From assembly GCF_037042905.1 (NCBI RefSeq), contig NC_087245.1:17796001-17860000 (forward strand): a stretch of DNA of 64,000 nt. The letters run 5' to 3'. A model generated the notes under the pieces. The model saw only the letters and a program-made list of their open reading frames with translations, did not search any database and was not told where the DNA came from. Source of the DNA: Lytechinus pictus. Lineage: Eukaryota. Both the position numbers and the translations under genes were made by a program. Positions 48,601-58,395 of the stretch are shown one piece after another; the stretch's first letter is position 1; each line of letters begins with the position of its first letter.

Positions 48601-50605
48601 TTGTATTTTAGTTTTCAGTAGATCACCTTTATTCAAAGTACATGTATGATGTTGTTATTTAGACAGCAAAACTTCTTTTGAAAAAATCTATTGAGAAAAT
48701 GTGTTTTAAAGACTATTATATGATCTGATAGCTATGCTCTCGATTTTACAGGAAAGTGTTAACACAATTGGCTACACATTGGCTACACATTGCTTCATGT
48801 AAAATAGAGATTTCAGTTACAGCCTACTTTAATACTAAAGTCATCAAAATAAAACAAAAGGGGAAATTCGGCTTACATAATGCGTATTCTTGAATTATGA
48901 TTTTTTTTAACAGTCACTATTATTTGTTTTAAATTCATCTTTCGTAGCTTCATCATGATGATCAAATTTTACTTCTGAAGACCTGCTGCATGGAGATCAT
49001 GTGCTTGAGAATAGCTCAGAAGTTTGACCCGGACAGTCAGAAGTTGGTCCTCTCCAACGGTCTTCGGGTCGGCAAATCCGACATGGATCACGGTGTCCTC
49101 AGTGAGCTAATTGAACCCATCTTTGACTTTGCTGTCAGTATGTCCAGATTACAACTCACAGAAACAGAGAATGCTCTCTTAGCTGCAGTGTTGCTGATAG
49201 CAGGAGGTGAGTTATCTCAGTCTTCATTTCGATCCCACCGCTGCCACCATATCTCAGCTATGCATGGTTGCTATCTGGAGTGATAGAGTGCAGAATAATA
49301 ACACATCAACAATGATTTCAAGTACTAAACTTTCTCAGGGTGTTCGGTTTATTTAGCCATATTGGAAGGGTAGTAAGAGAACCCTCTTGGACTATAAAGG
49401 CCCTTGATCATCAGGAAGGAAAGTTGATGGACTAAAATTAGACATAATTGTCATTTTGCCCTTGTTTCATTTTACCATATTCACAATTTTTCAATCGAAT
49501 GCATCCATTTTATTGCATAAATTAATTGCACATAAAAAATGTATGCACCTTCATTAATTATTTGGAAGACAACATTGTGTATAACAAGAACTTGTGTCAT
49601 ACATTCATGTTAGCCATGGTCATATTCTAAGGATGTATTTTTTTTTCTTTTCAGTTGAAATTTATGAATAAGGTTTATTCTTGTGAATTTTTGATCTTGA
49701 TTTCTTTTTACAGACCGACCAGGTTTGAAGGAGGCTAAGCTTGTTGAGACGTTACAAGACAGTCTGTTAACAGCCTTCCAGCATTTTATCAATGAATCCA
49801 GGCCAAAGACCCCTGTGCACTGGGCCAAGATACTCATGAAGGTAATTTTAGAAGTATATTTTAAATTTCTGTATGCTGGACAAAATAATTTAAAGATATA
49901 GCATTGTTTTTGTCTTGCCTGTACGAAGTTGGCAGAGACCTCGTGATCACTTTCCCTGTTAATAGTCTGTTACAAAAATGTTTAAAGTTTTTGTTCAATT
50001 TGCTCTTTATTTCTTTATTTCTGCATCAATTAAATGGATCCAGGCTTGGGTAATACCACATGTGTGTTCATGAGGATGATGGGGTCAAAGGTCATCTAGG
50101 GGTTGATATGAGGTCATGTCCATCCTGTTTTGGAGTTTTTGTTCAACTTGCTGTCATTTCTTTATTTCAAGTTGTTTGCTTTTGGTACAAATCATTATAT
50201 AATAGTACACTTGGGTTCATGAGGATCATTAGGTCAAAGGTCATGTAGGGGTCCAAAGATCATTTACATATTTTATTGATTGCAAAATCAGGCAAGACTC
50301 GTGTTTAATGAACCACCTTGTTATGGCTATTCTTGGAAGTTTCAACTCCTGTTAGGATGTTCTTTTATTATCTTTTTCAGACTAGAAGATACTAGTATTC
50401 GCTTTTACAAATTATTTGATGGTTGTTGAAAGAAAGTTATACGTGATATGAATTAAAAGATAAAAACTGTTTCATGTTTCAGATCACCGACTTGAGGACC
50501 ATCAGTGCCAGGCATGCTGAACGCATCATGTGCATCAAGTTGGACCGACCTAATGAAATACCTCAGATATTCTTGGAGATGTTTGATGATAACGGTCTGG
50601 TCTGA
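12659..50605 (+). CDS. THR: Thyroid hormone receptor (NR1A), spliced CDS join(12659-12677,25207-25266,36239-36354,38285-38426,45999-46207,48270-48386,48948-49206,49714-49841,50483-50605), 390 aa
   Basis: Manual translation gives [39 protein letters not shown] (TR-type DBD, P-box EGCKG), hinge [22 protein letters not shown], and LBD motifs [46 protein letters not shown] and FLEMFDD. All align with vertebrate TR sequences as I recall them. All introns are GT-AG, phases are compatible, and exon lengths sum to 1173 nt. Confidence 0.93.
13714..14536. mobile_element. MITE (TIR TGCTTTTCACACTGCA) with GGGGTTA/GGGCTA repeats and a duplicated 3' half
   Basis: TIR at 13714 and 14213; about 13902-14213 is repeated at about 14216-14536. 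Confidence 0.8.
17246..17765. mobile_element. Related MITE (TIR TACCCTTTTTACACA) with two right ends
   Basis: The inverse TIR ends at both 17582 and 17765; it has the same GGGGTTA repeats as 13714-14536. Confidence 0.75.
18066..18466. mobile_element. Kolobok/T2-like MITE; inverted copy at 32615-33008
   Basis: TTAA on both flanks, AG...CT termini, reverse-complement match to 32615-33008. Confidence 0.75.
18860..19985. repeat. Unclassified interspersed repeat (inverted copy at about 35530-36130) with a Kolobok-like MITE at 19316-19898
   Basis: Shared segments gaggtaaacatttgccatgttgccctc and atatgattctgttgc...tttgatgttcccctcaag occur in opposite orientation. Confidence 0.65.
21456..23016. mobile_element. 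Fold-back element with about 650-bp inverted arms
   Basis: TAGGAGTGGGCTATA...TATAGCCCACTCCTA termini. Arms are about 21456-22110 and 22350-23016. GTGATAA is duplicated on both flanks. Confidence 0.85.
23417..23794. mobile_element. Kolobok/T2-like MITE
   Basis: TTAA-AG...CT-TTAA ends with imperfect TIRs. Confidence 0.55.
23922..24503. mobile_element. Kolobok/T2-like MITE (AGGACAAGTCCACCCC family; partial copy at 20266-20700, degenerate copy at about 54362-54883)
   Basis: TTAA flanks, imperfect TIRs, shared internal sequence. Confidence 0.7.
25207..25266 (+). CDS. THR: THR putative exon 2 (60 nt, [19 protein letters not shown], phase 1-1)
   Basis: Polypyrimidine tract plus cccag acceptor, gtaagt donor at 25267, and an open purine-rich frame that joins 12677 to 36239 in frame. 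Confidence 0.6.
26323..26599. mobile_element. Palindromic GGGCCC-ended MITE (possibly PIF/Harbinger-like); relatives at about 56350-56587 and 58957-59423
   Basis: Inverted ends aaagagttacgattgatc / gatcaatcgtaactcttt, with CTG on both flanks. Confidence 0.7.
27928..29537. mobile_element. Helentron/HINE-like element with AGGTCA-rich internal tandem repeats, interrupted by a TIR element
   Basis: Subterminal inverted repeat GTCTCGCCTGCA (27934) / TGCAGGCGAGAC (29504), T-rich ends, and three roughly 170-bp internal units. The class assignment is an inference. Confidence 0.55.
28449..29486. mobile_element. TA-flanked TIR element (AGTCAGACxGCAGGTCCC) nested in the HINE-like element
   Basis: About 19-bp TIRs with TA flanks. 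Confidence 0.7.
29677..30197. mobile_element. PIF/Harbinger (Tourist)-like MITE
   Basis: TIR GGCTGCGTTTATCCG / CGGATAAACGCACCC, TTA/TAA flanks, internal AATCATGATT repeats. Confidence 0.75.
30990..32319. mobile_element. CCCGGG-ended repeat with ACCCTAAATGGCG units, interrupted by a Kolobok-like MITE at 31456-32161
   Basis: Repeated accctaaatggcgt units. The inner element has TIR AGGTCCTATGA and TTAA on both flanks. The left end of the host is approximate. Confidence 0.6.
33318..34195 (+). mobile_element. tRNA-derived SINE split by a DNA-transposon insertion; degenerate inverted copy at about 35105-35235
   Basis: Pol III A box TGGCCCAGTGG, B box GGTTCAAATCC, central ccttcagcaagaaatttatccaca...gggtacc segment, and a (TAT)n tail after the insertion. 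Confidence 0.8.
33560..34130. mobile_element. CCCGGG-ended TIR element; second copy at 36581-37172
   Basis: About 45-bp TIRs (gacgagtggataccatgcgcgacc); ATAGAGA duplicated at 33553-33559 and 34131-34137. Confidence 0.8.
36239..36354 (+). CDS. THR: THR exon 3: first zinc finger ([38 protein letters not shown])
   Basis: tcatag acceptor and AAG|gtgggt donor; TR-diagnostic YIPSY and GYHYRC motifs. Confidence 0.96.
38285..38426 (+). CDS. THR: THR exon 4: second zinc finger ([47 protein letters not shown])
   Basis: gcag acceptor, gtaagt donor, C4 nuclear receptor finger. Confidence 0.97.
40383..42496. repeat. Near-perfect tandem duplication, 1057-bp period
   Basis: 40383-41439 recurs at 41440-42496. 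I saw one difference (T41370/G42427). GTC microhomology at the junction. Confidence 0.95.
42642..43081. mobile_element. Kolobok/T2-like MITE
   Basis: TIR AGGGAAAGTTCATCCTGA / TCAGGGTGAACTTCCCCT, TTAA flanks. Confidence 0.75.
43808..43949 (+). promoter_or_regulatory. Candidate thyroid hormone response element (DR4) cluster
   Basis: AGGATG-tttg-AGGTGA-tgtg-AGGTTA (43808-43833), AGGTCA (43912-43917), AGGCCA-cata-AGGACA (43934-43949). Confidence 0.45.
44836..45420. mobile_element. Kolobok/T2-like palindromic MITE
   Basis: TIR AGGAGAATGAAAC / GTTTCATTCTCCT, TTAA flanks, internal inverted arms. Confidence 0.8.
45999..46207 (+). CDS. THR: THR exon 5: T/A-box hinge and LBD helix 1
   Basis: ttttag acceptor and GAG|gtttgt donor; [26 protein letters not shown] matches the TR hinge. 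Confidence 0.93.
46736..46991. mobile_element. Short hAT-like element
   Basis: CAGTAG...CTACTG ends; flanks gaactcta / gtactcca are a degenerate 8-bp TSD. Confidence 0.5.
48270..48386 (+). CDS. THR: THR exon 6: LBD helix 3 ([39 protein letters not shown])
   Basis: ttttag acceptor, gtgagt donor, 117 nt phase 0-0; start of the LBD signature (FAKRIPGF). Confidence 0.93.
48948..49206 (+). CDS. THR: THR exon 7: LBD helices 4-8
   Basis: cgtag acceptor and G|gtgagt donor; [21 protein letters not shown]...[13 protein letters not shown]. Confidence 0.96.
49714..49841 (+). CDS. THR: THR exon 8: LBD helices 9-10
   Basis: tacag acceptor and AAG|gtaatt donor; [43 protein letters not shown]. Confidence 0.96.
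49906..50322. mobile_element. Second HINE-like element with GGTCAAAGGTCA units
   Basis: GTCTTGCCTG (49912) / CAGGCAAGAC (50289) inverted repeat; same architecture as 27928-29537. Confidence 0.5.
50483..50605 (+). CDS. THR: THR last coding exon: helices 11-12/AF-2 ([40 protein letters not shown])
   Basis: ttcag acceptor, AF-2 core FLEMF, TGA at 50603-50605. Confidence 0.96.
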   Translation: MTDLRTISARHAERIMCIKLDRPNEIPQIFLEMFDDNGLV

Positions 50606-53600
50606 GTCCCCAGCCTACCTCACATTCAATGCTTGAAATAGTTCACCAAACCCATCACAAGTATGAAGAAACCTGCCATCCTTGCAATGAACATCTACGG
50701 TTATATTGTTCCTGCACATTCTCCAAACTTGTGGTGATAATCAACAGAGATAACCTAGCTTGAAGCATTCAGCCTCGATGGATTGATTGAGTAAAAAACC
50801 AACATGGCTTTAATAGATGGCATCCAAATTGAAGAGTCGACTAGTCACATTCAGTTGTTTATCCTACAGGGGTTATTCTTACAGGTTAAATTGCAGTATT
50901 GAAACATCACGGTAGTCTTCAAAAGTTGAAGATGTCTCTTCCTACTATTGACTGCCCTCCCATGTTACTGTTGCTCTCCAATCTAGGTTTACTACCTATG
51001 ATTTAAATTTTAAACTGGATTCTGAAATTCCCATAGGAAAAGTAGAGTTTCCACCAGTTCCCATAGAGAGAAAAAAAATCCTGATTATTAATGTTTTCCC
51101 TATAGGAGGGCAGGTTAATTAGCTCTGTAACCATCTTACTCTCAGGAATGTTAAGTATTACAATGTGTTTTAAGTAGAATACTCATATCAAAACGTGAAA
51201 TACCTCATATCGTTCATTTCGTTTTTTACAAAAGACATGTGTGAAAACTATATGACAGTTCCTTGTTATCTTCATATCTTTTTTGACACGAATGACTTAC
51301 ATGTATGTCAGCAATCCAGTCCATGCCAGATACACTTAATGCTCAATTCACAGACATTTCCAAATTCACTGATGGTAAGAATAGTCCATGCAGAAAACGT
51401 ATTTAATAACATTTTCTTTCCTTTTCATTGCAAAACGTCAAGTTTAGAAGATTGAGTTTGAATCACTCTCTGGCATGGTTAGGATTTGCTGAAAGAAGTT
51501 TCTCAGGAAATATTTTGATTTGTATCAGGTTAGTAGATTGTTTGTTTCCATAGTAACCAGTACCTCTCAGGGAATAGCGAATCGATTTCTGATAATGCTC
51601 TGTGTTTAGAAGCAGAAGAGCATTAATTCAGGGGCCCGTAACACAAAACTTAGCAATGATCGTAGAACAATTTTCTAAAATTAATTCCATTGACTACAAT
51701 GTACAATCAATCGTGAAAATCAAGCATACGAGCAATCGCTAACCTTTGTGTTGCGGGACCCAGGTCCTTTTAGTTAATTGCTTTCAGACTCTTTGCTGGG
51801 GGAGTGTGTATGCTAGGAAGATCGTATGTATAGAATTAATATAACATTCTCATGGTTTATCTAGTTACAGTAATTTGTTGATGTACATTTTCTCAAAATA
51901 TAACCATGAATATATGTCTACAGTATGGGTAACATTTATTGTCAATTTGGAACTACTGTGTAAACAATCTTGCCATGTAAACCCAAATGCATCATTTTGA
52001 GTTTCAATCGGCAAGTTTTAATGTTACCAAAGATTAAGTTGAAGGGTCAACTGACATTAGCTTCCAGTGTGATTGTTCCTGTCTTAATCTGTCAGGAATT
52101 ATAGGTTTGTGTTAGGGTGGTGGTAGGGTTTTTAGGTCAGAATAATTTGAGGACAAGGAATGGGGTAGGCGTAGGCCTAGAATTAGAGTTTATATTTGGT
52201 TAAAACGAGAGACATCTTTAATGGATCAAATGCCATGGGATCCATTGAAGAGTTTACATCATATAGGGATTTTCTTTTTTGAGTGTGTGTCTTATTTATT
52301 AATTGTTCATTTCTTATTTTTTATTCTGTTATTTATTTATTTTTAATTAATTTAAGTTACTTATTTTTTTCATTTTATTATATTTCTTTTATAATTTATT
52401 TATTTTATTTCATTTAGTTTATTTTCTTATTGATTTATTTATTTCATTTATTTTTTTGGGGGGTGGTATTATTTGTAAAAAAGATTGTCCCACATCTAGA
52501 TTTCATGTGAAATGCCGGGTTTATTTAGGCTCAACAATTGTTCTCACTCAACCACTCTCTGACCGATCACATAACAAGGTTCCAGTGATGAAGGGTAGAG
52601 AATAATGCTTTCAAAATCTGGAATCTGCTTTAATAGGTGATAGTTAAGAATGGAGGTGACATGAAATTATTTTCTTGCCATTTACAGGCAAACAATTTAT
52701 TCATCAGTAACATGAAGCATGTTCTTAATTGGGAAAGTGTCAAACATTTGTGTAAATATTTAGAGTGTTTTAATAATTATATATTATTATATGTATCTTC
52801 GTGGGTGTTTTCGCTCGTACAAATGAAGAATAAACTTCCAGTGTGTTGTGTGTGCATAGTTTGTTGAATATATATTATAGAATCTTGGTGTTTTTTACAC
52901 AAGAGATATGAAAACCATTCATTAAAGAATTATCAGGGAATGATATCATTAAGTTCTGTTGTATTATTGTATAGAAGCATTATGTCCTTTTTATGTGAAG
53001 ATATTCTTCTCAGAAAAAAAAACTCATTTGAACTAAAACAATTCTTTGAACATGTACCGGTATATCAAATTTCTTTATATTATCTTTGGCATTGAACTAT
53101 TAAAAACCTTATTAAATAGTTTCTATTGGGCAACATAAGCATTTTTTCTAAATAAATAATTAATTTTAAAGATAACAACTTCAAGAGAATTTAGGTGGCT
53201 TATAGATCATTTGCCCCTTCCCCATTTTATAAGAAATTCTTATTTGGCTTTCAATGGAATTACTCATATTTTCTACCTGATCTGTATTTCCAATGATTTT
53301 CTATGTTTAAAGTAGGTTTACTTTTATTTCTGGTCAATTTTGTCCTTTTTCAGATATTTGAATGATATGAAATTGGAACACAGAGATAAATTCTGTCATA
53401 AAATAAATCAGAAATATATTCTAGGATGAACAAAAGAAAAAAATAATCAAAGGATATGTGATGTGAGTCAGCTAATGATTAATTGTATATTAATTAACCT
53501 AATCTATAGCAAAAAAAATATTTATGAATATCATAAGATTGTATGTTTCATTGTAGTAATAGTTATTCTAATCTTATCAGAAAGGGTTTTTTTTTTGTTA

Positions 53601-56600
53601 AAAACGTTCCATGATCTACCTCATAAGTTCTGTAAGTTCTTATTCTGCTATACCTCATGTTGGCTGTGCCTCATTCTTTGTAGAAATGGGGTTCGTTTAT
53701 TCTCTACATCATTGGGGGAGTTTTATACCCTACATTCTTGCTTTGATAGTACGTGTATTTTGTTATATCTTTTAAAAACTACAAGTTATAAGTCTGTGTA
53801 CAATCACAGTGGATAGATCAGTAAAAAGGAAATAGTGATCACATTCATAATTATTACATTCAGTGGTAATTAATTCAGATATGTGCAGAGAAAGTAGTCA
53901 TCTACAGTTCCATGCATTTCTTGATAATGTGGTTTTTAAGGGACATCAATTTTCCTTGTTATAATTATGTGGTTTAATTAATGACTAAGCCTATTAATAC
54001 TTGGTAGAGAGGCCTGTTTAATGATTCATAATCTGCCAGGGGTTTGGTACCTTTACATGCACTTTAATTAGCTCTTGCATTAGAGTGTTATGCAGATATC
54101 GGGGGTAGTTGGGCCTTTACAAATTCTATGTTGGATACATTCACTAGTGCATGTTCATTTTACAGTCTAAGATTGTAATTGTTCAGATAGGATGTTTGCA
54201 TAATTGTTTTGGGCCAAGTTAACATATACAGTATAATATATTGAATATTGGTAGTTTGTGTGTATATACATGTTAAAAAGCAATCATATTGTAAAGATTA
54301 TCACTGTAAAAGTTTTTTTGCCATTGAAGAATGTAAATTGACCAAATGTGTATATTATTGTAGGTCAAGTCCTACCATCCTACCAATAATTGATTTGAGT
54401 ATATAAAGAAAAATATCAAACAAAGCTCTGACATTTAAAGTTATATACACAAAATGGATGATATGCAAATGAGTCTATGACCTAACACACTATCATTTGG
54501 ATATTACTCTATTAAATATTGAATATAAAGTTATTCTATTTTTAGTAAGAATCTCTCTAATTGTATCATAACTTACATTGAAAATGATTTATTGTTATAG
54601 TTTTACTGTGCAGTCAAACTATGTCTTGCATTAAATGAGAAAAAACGAAATAACTCATTATCTTGTATAATGAGATAAGCAGCGAGTGCACAACATCATT
54701 GATTCCCTCATATTCATCCTGTCAGTGATGTACCTATAACTTAGTGTGAGTAAAATAAAGCCAAAAAATCAAATGCCATATCCTCATTTTATGTTCAATT
54801 ATGATGACACTTTTAGTATTATGCTTGCTTGATTTTTCTCTTATATTTTCAAATAAATTTGTGGTTAGAGGGACTTGGTCTTTATGTACATTGAGCTATT
54901 ATTTCACTGTGAATGACAGGGTATACCAAAGCCTTAGTGCTTGTGTGTGAACATCATCATCATGTATTCAGTATTCTCAAATCATTTTTATACTCTAGTG
55001 TCTTGGCATGCATTTGTGGGTATACATTGCTTTTAAGGGATCTCTATATATTTTCTACTGAATGAGTTGCAGCAACAGTAGCATCTAAATATAGCATGAA
55101 TATATATTATGCAATAGATATTAGCAAACTAAAACAAAATGTTATATTAAAAGTATTTGAAGACTGACATGGATATATTCTGGTTACTACATGTAGGTTA
55201 AATATTTTTTTAAAATCTATTTTACTCTTAATATGCCCCCCATTCGGCTTAAATACAAAATGTTAAAGGCATGTAGTTGATTGAAGATTCCACAGGGTTT
55301 TCATGTAGTTAATGCCTTGTATGAACATTAGTGTTTTATGAGTCTTAAGTATAAGATGTGTGATCCCAAAGAACCGTTTAGCAGCTGAAAATAATGTTTC
55401 ATGGGGAAAATGGTGGATTTTCAAAAGTGTGTGCTAAACATGTTTGTCTTGAAATTAAAATAGTTTAATAGTGAAGCGATTTTATTGTAAAGTAATTATA
55501 TTGAGCTTTGCTGATATAAAATCCATCTGTTTCTCTCCCCCAACCATCCCTTTCCTTCCGTCTTCCCATCCCACCCCCTTGTCTCCCTTTCCCTTCCATT
55601 CCACTTCCTCCCCTTTCTCTGCCCACACTGTCCCCTTTCTCCTTCTTTCTTTCTTTCTTTCTTGTTCTCTATCAAAGGAAATGTTGTTTTTTTTCTTGTA
55701 AAACAATTCAAACCCATATTATGCTTAAGAATGTAAACAAAATAATAGTTCTGTAAATTATTTTGAGATTTATCATACCAATAATTGGAAGAAATCCTTG
55801 ATTTCTTGTTCTGCAAGTTTTTCACATAAGAAAGCCTACAGTTTTGTAACATTTGATTTAATATGGTATCAAAATTTGTCAATAGCATTTTCATAATTAA
55901 TTACAAGATATGTATATCTATTATCCTAATGTGTTTTCATCTAATCTTGCTCACTATTATGAAAATGTATGTTTGTTATTTGAGTATGAATTTTTTGTGT
56001 ATTTAAACACATGCAGCTGCAAAGATAAAATATTAAGAGTGTGTTATGATTCTGACCGAATGCAATGCTTTGTGCATTTGCACACCAAAGAAAGAAATTT
56101 AGTATGTGTGCTATGTAAAGATACGGTATACAGTGTATGTCTGGTGTAAGAGTTTACTAGACATGTGATAGCGAGGACTGTATAGACACTGTCATGCTTT
56201 TTGTCTGTTATATGTTCATCATTGCTTCTTCATACTTGTTTTCAAAATATTATTTGAAGCTTATTATGCATCTATTTCTGTCCAGGTCGGTGCATGCTGT
56301 ATATGATTTATTCATTTCCCCCCTTAAATTACATCTTTATTTGGGAGAAACCGGCAACTATGGAAAGCCAGCAAAGTCAACATATAAAATGCATGTTTGT
56401 TTAAAAAAAATTCTAGTTATGAATGTGTATCCATAAATTCATTAATTTCTTGACAATTTGGTGTGTTCTCCATTGTTTACAAAGGACATTTTGCAAATTT
56501 CCTGTAGAAAAAATTATGACACTGATGGATTTTGATAGAGTTATGATTGATTGGATCAATCGTAACTCTGTGTAAGAGGGGGCCCAGACCAACCAAATAT

Positions 56601-56996
56601 ATTACGTTATCTGTCAGTTTGGAGTCAGTTCATTTGGTGCGACAGTACCATTAATGATGAAAACATGATTTTTTTTTTTTAAGAATTGTTTGAGGAAAGG
56701 ATTTATTGTAACCTCCATGTTGATGCTTATGGTCATTATACAAGGCCCCGATTTTGCCTCTTGAGAGAAAAACGGGATAGTTTAGCATTTTAGGGTTTTG
56801 TTATTTATCTTTTATCTATCCAGATGAAACAATGCCAATGCCAATTTTGATTAATGAAGGTACATAGTGAATTCAGAATCATGAACAATTTTAGACATCT
56901 AGACTTCTTTGATAGTTGAGAAAGATTCTTGTTCGTTCCTTGATGCTTCTTCACCTTGTACAAGTTGGTGGCAGAAGATCTTGGTCATTGAGAGTC

Positions 56997-57151
56997 CTGG
57001 GGCCCGTTTCATAAGGGAACTTGCAACTTTTGTAACTTTGCCATTATGGCAACTACCATGGTAACCTTGATTCTGATTGGCTGCTGAGCCCTGTTACCAT
57101 GGTAGTTGCCATTATGGCAAAGTTGTAATTCCTTTATGAAACGGGCCCCAG
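56997..57151. mobile_element. 155-bp hairpin MITE (GGGGCCCGTTTCATAA ends); related short elements near 48118, 51629 and 63206
   Basis: Nearly the whole element is an inverted repeat around a loop of about 27 nt containing CTGATTGG. Confidence 0.8.
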
Positions 57152-57597
57152 ATGATTAATACAAAAATATTTTACTCTTGATATCCTGGATATTCTTTTT
57201 GTTGCTTTCTATACCCAATACTGGTGTGTAATATATTGTTTAAAAGAAAGATATACCTCATTTTGTATATAATATATAAAATAAAATTATTGGTCATTGA
57301 TGTTACAATGTGAAGAAAAGGGTATCTATGTCGGCCAAAGTCTTTGTAAGAACCGTTGGATATAAGATTATGTATATAGCCTGTATTTTGTGGTTGTCAA
57401 CAATGTGAATGTCATGTATACAATGTTTTGTCTTTTGTGGTCAGCTATGTCACTGGTCCCCCTATGGTGATGTAGATGTCATATTGGGTGGAGGCAGTGA
57501 ACTAAGACGATACGGGTAAAATGTTATAAACCTGCTGCCTGATTGAATGTTTATTTGACTTCTTTTTTGTCTAGTAAAATGCTTGTTGGAACTATAT

Positions 57598-57603
57598 AAT
57601 AAA
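57598..57603 (+). terminator. Candidate distal polyadenylation signal of THR
   Basis: AATAAA followed about 35 nt later by GT/T-rich sequence. Many other AATAAA hexamers exist in this AT-rich region. Confidence 0.25.
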
Positions 57604-57693
57604 CTATATGTGGTGAAAATTGCTCAATTGTCTCCTAGGTGTGTATTGTTTTTCACATGTTTGTTCTAGCTCTAGTGTAACATTAGCCTTTAA

Positions 57694-58395
57694 CCCTAAA
57701 TAGACTGGGCTTTTTCAACGCCTAAGAAGACTGGGGGGGCTGATTCAGCCCCCCCTTATGATCTCGGCCGTCGATCGTGCGGTCGCGACGAAAATTGGCA
57801 CGCGCGTTACCCATGGCATTATCTACAAAACTTTTATATCAAATTCTGCAAAAAATCTCATTGCTCATTAATTATGCTAATTTATACGTAAAATCATAAG
57901 TTTGCTCTAATTAATAAAATAATGCCCCTAAAATGCTTATTTTTGTTTCACAAACTCTAGATAGGCATCTGATCACATTTATTTTCTTATGTATTTTATT
58001 GTTTTCTAAATTTCTTATGTATTTCTTTGTTTTTCGACTTTTTTTTTAAATTGTTTTTTTCAATGGAAATTGTCGGGTACTTTAGTTTAACCATAAAAAA
58101 GATAAAATTAATTGATTTAAAGTAGTAAAAGGAAAAATAATGATACATTTATGAATTGCATTAGATTTGTACACAAATTCACGTTTTTGAGTAATTTTGG
58201 GTCTGCATGCACTTACGAAATATTGCGTAATTTCGGAACCGCGTATCGGGGGTCACAATTTTGGTCTCAAAAGTTGCACGAGACTTGAAAGTAAGAAGTC
58301 AGTGAGCGACGCGGTCAAAAAATTTCAAACGACGGATTTATTGCGAAAAATGTTGAGGGGGGGCTGAATCAGCCCCCCCCCCAGTCTTCTTAGGG
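57694..58395. mobile_element. piggyBac-like non-autonomous element
   Basis: TTAA|CCCTAA...TTAGGG|TTAA termini, plus an internal inverted repeat ctaagaagactgggggggctgattcagccccccc. Confidence 0.85.

Noticed and set aside
49610..49837. Antisense 75-aa ORF over THR exon 8 (Rev-erb-like overlap considered)
   Set aside because: No nuclear receptor or other motif; it is the shadow of the coding strand.
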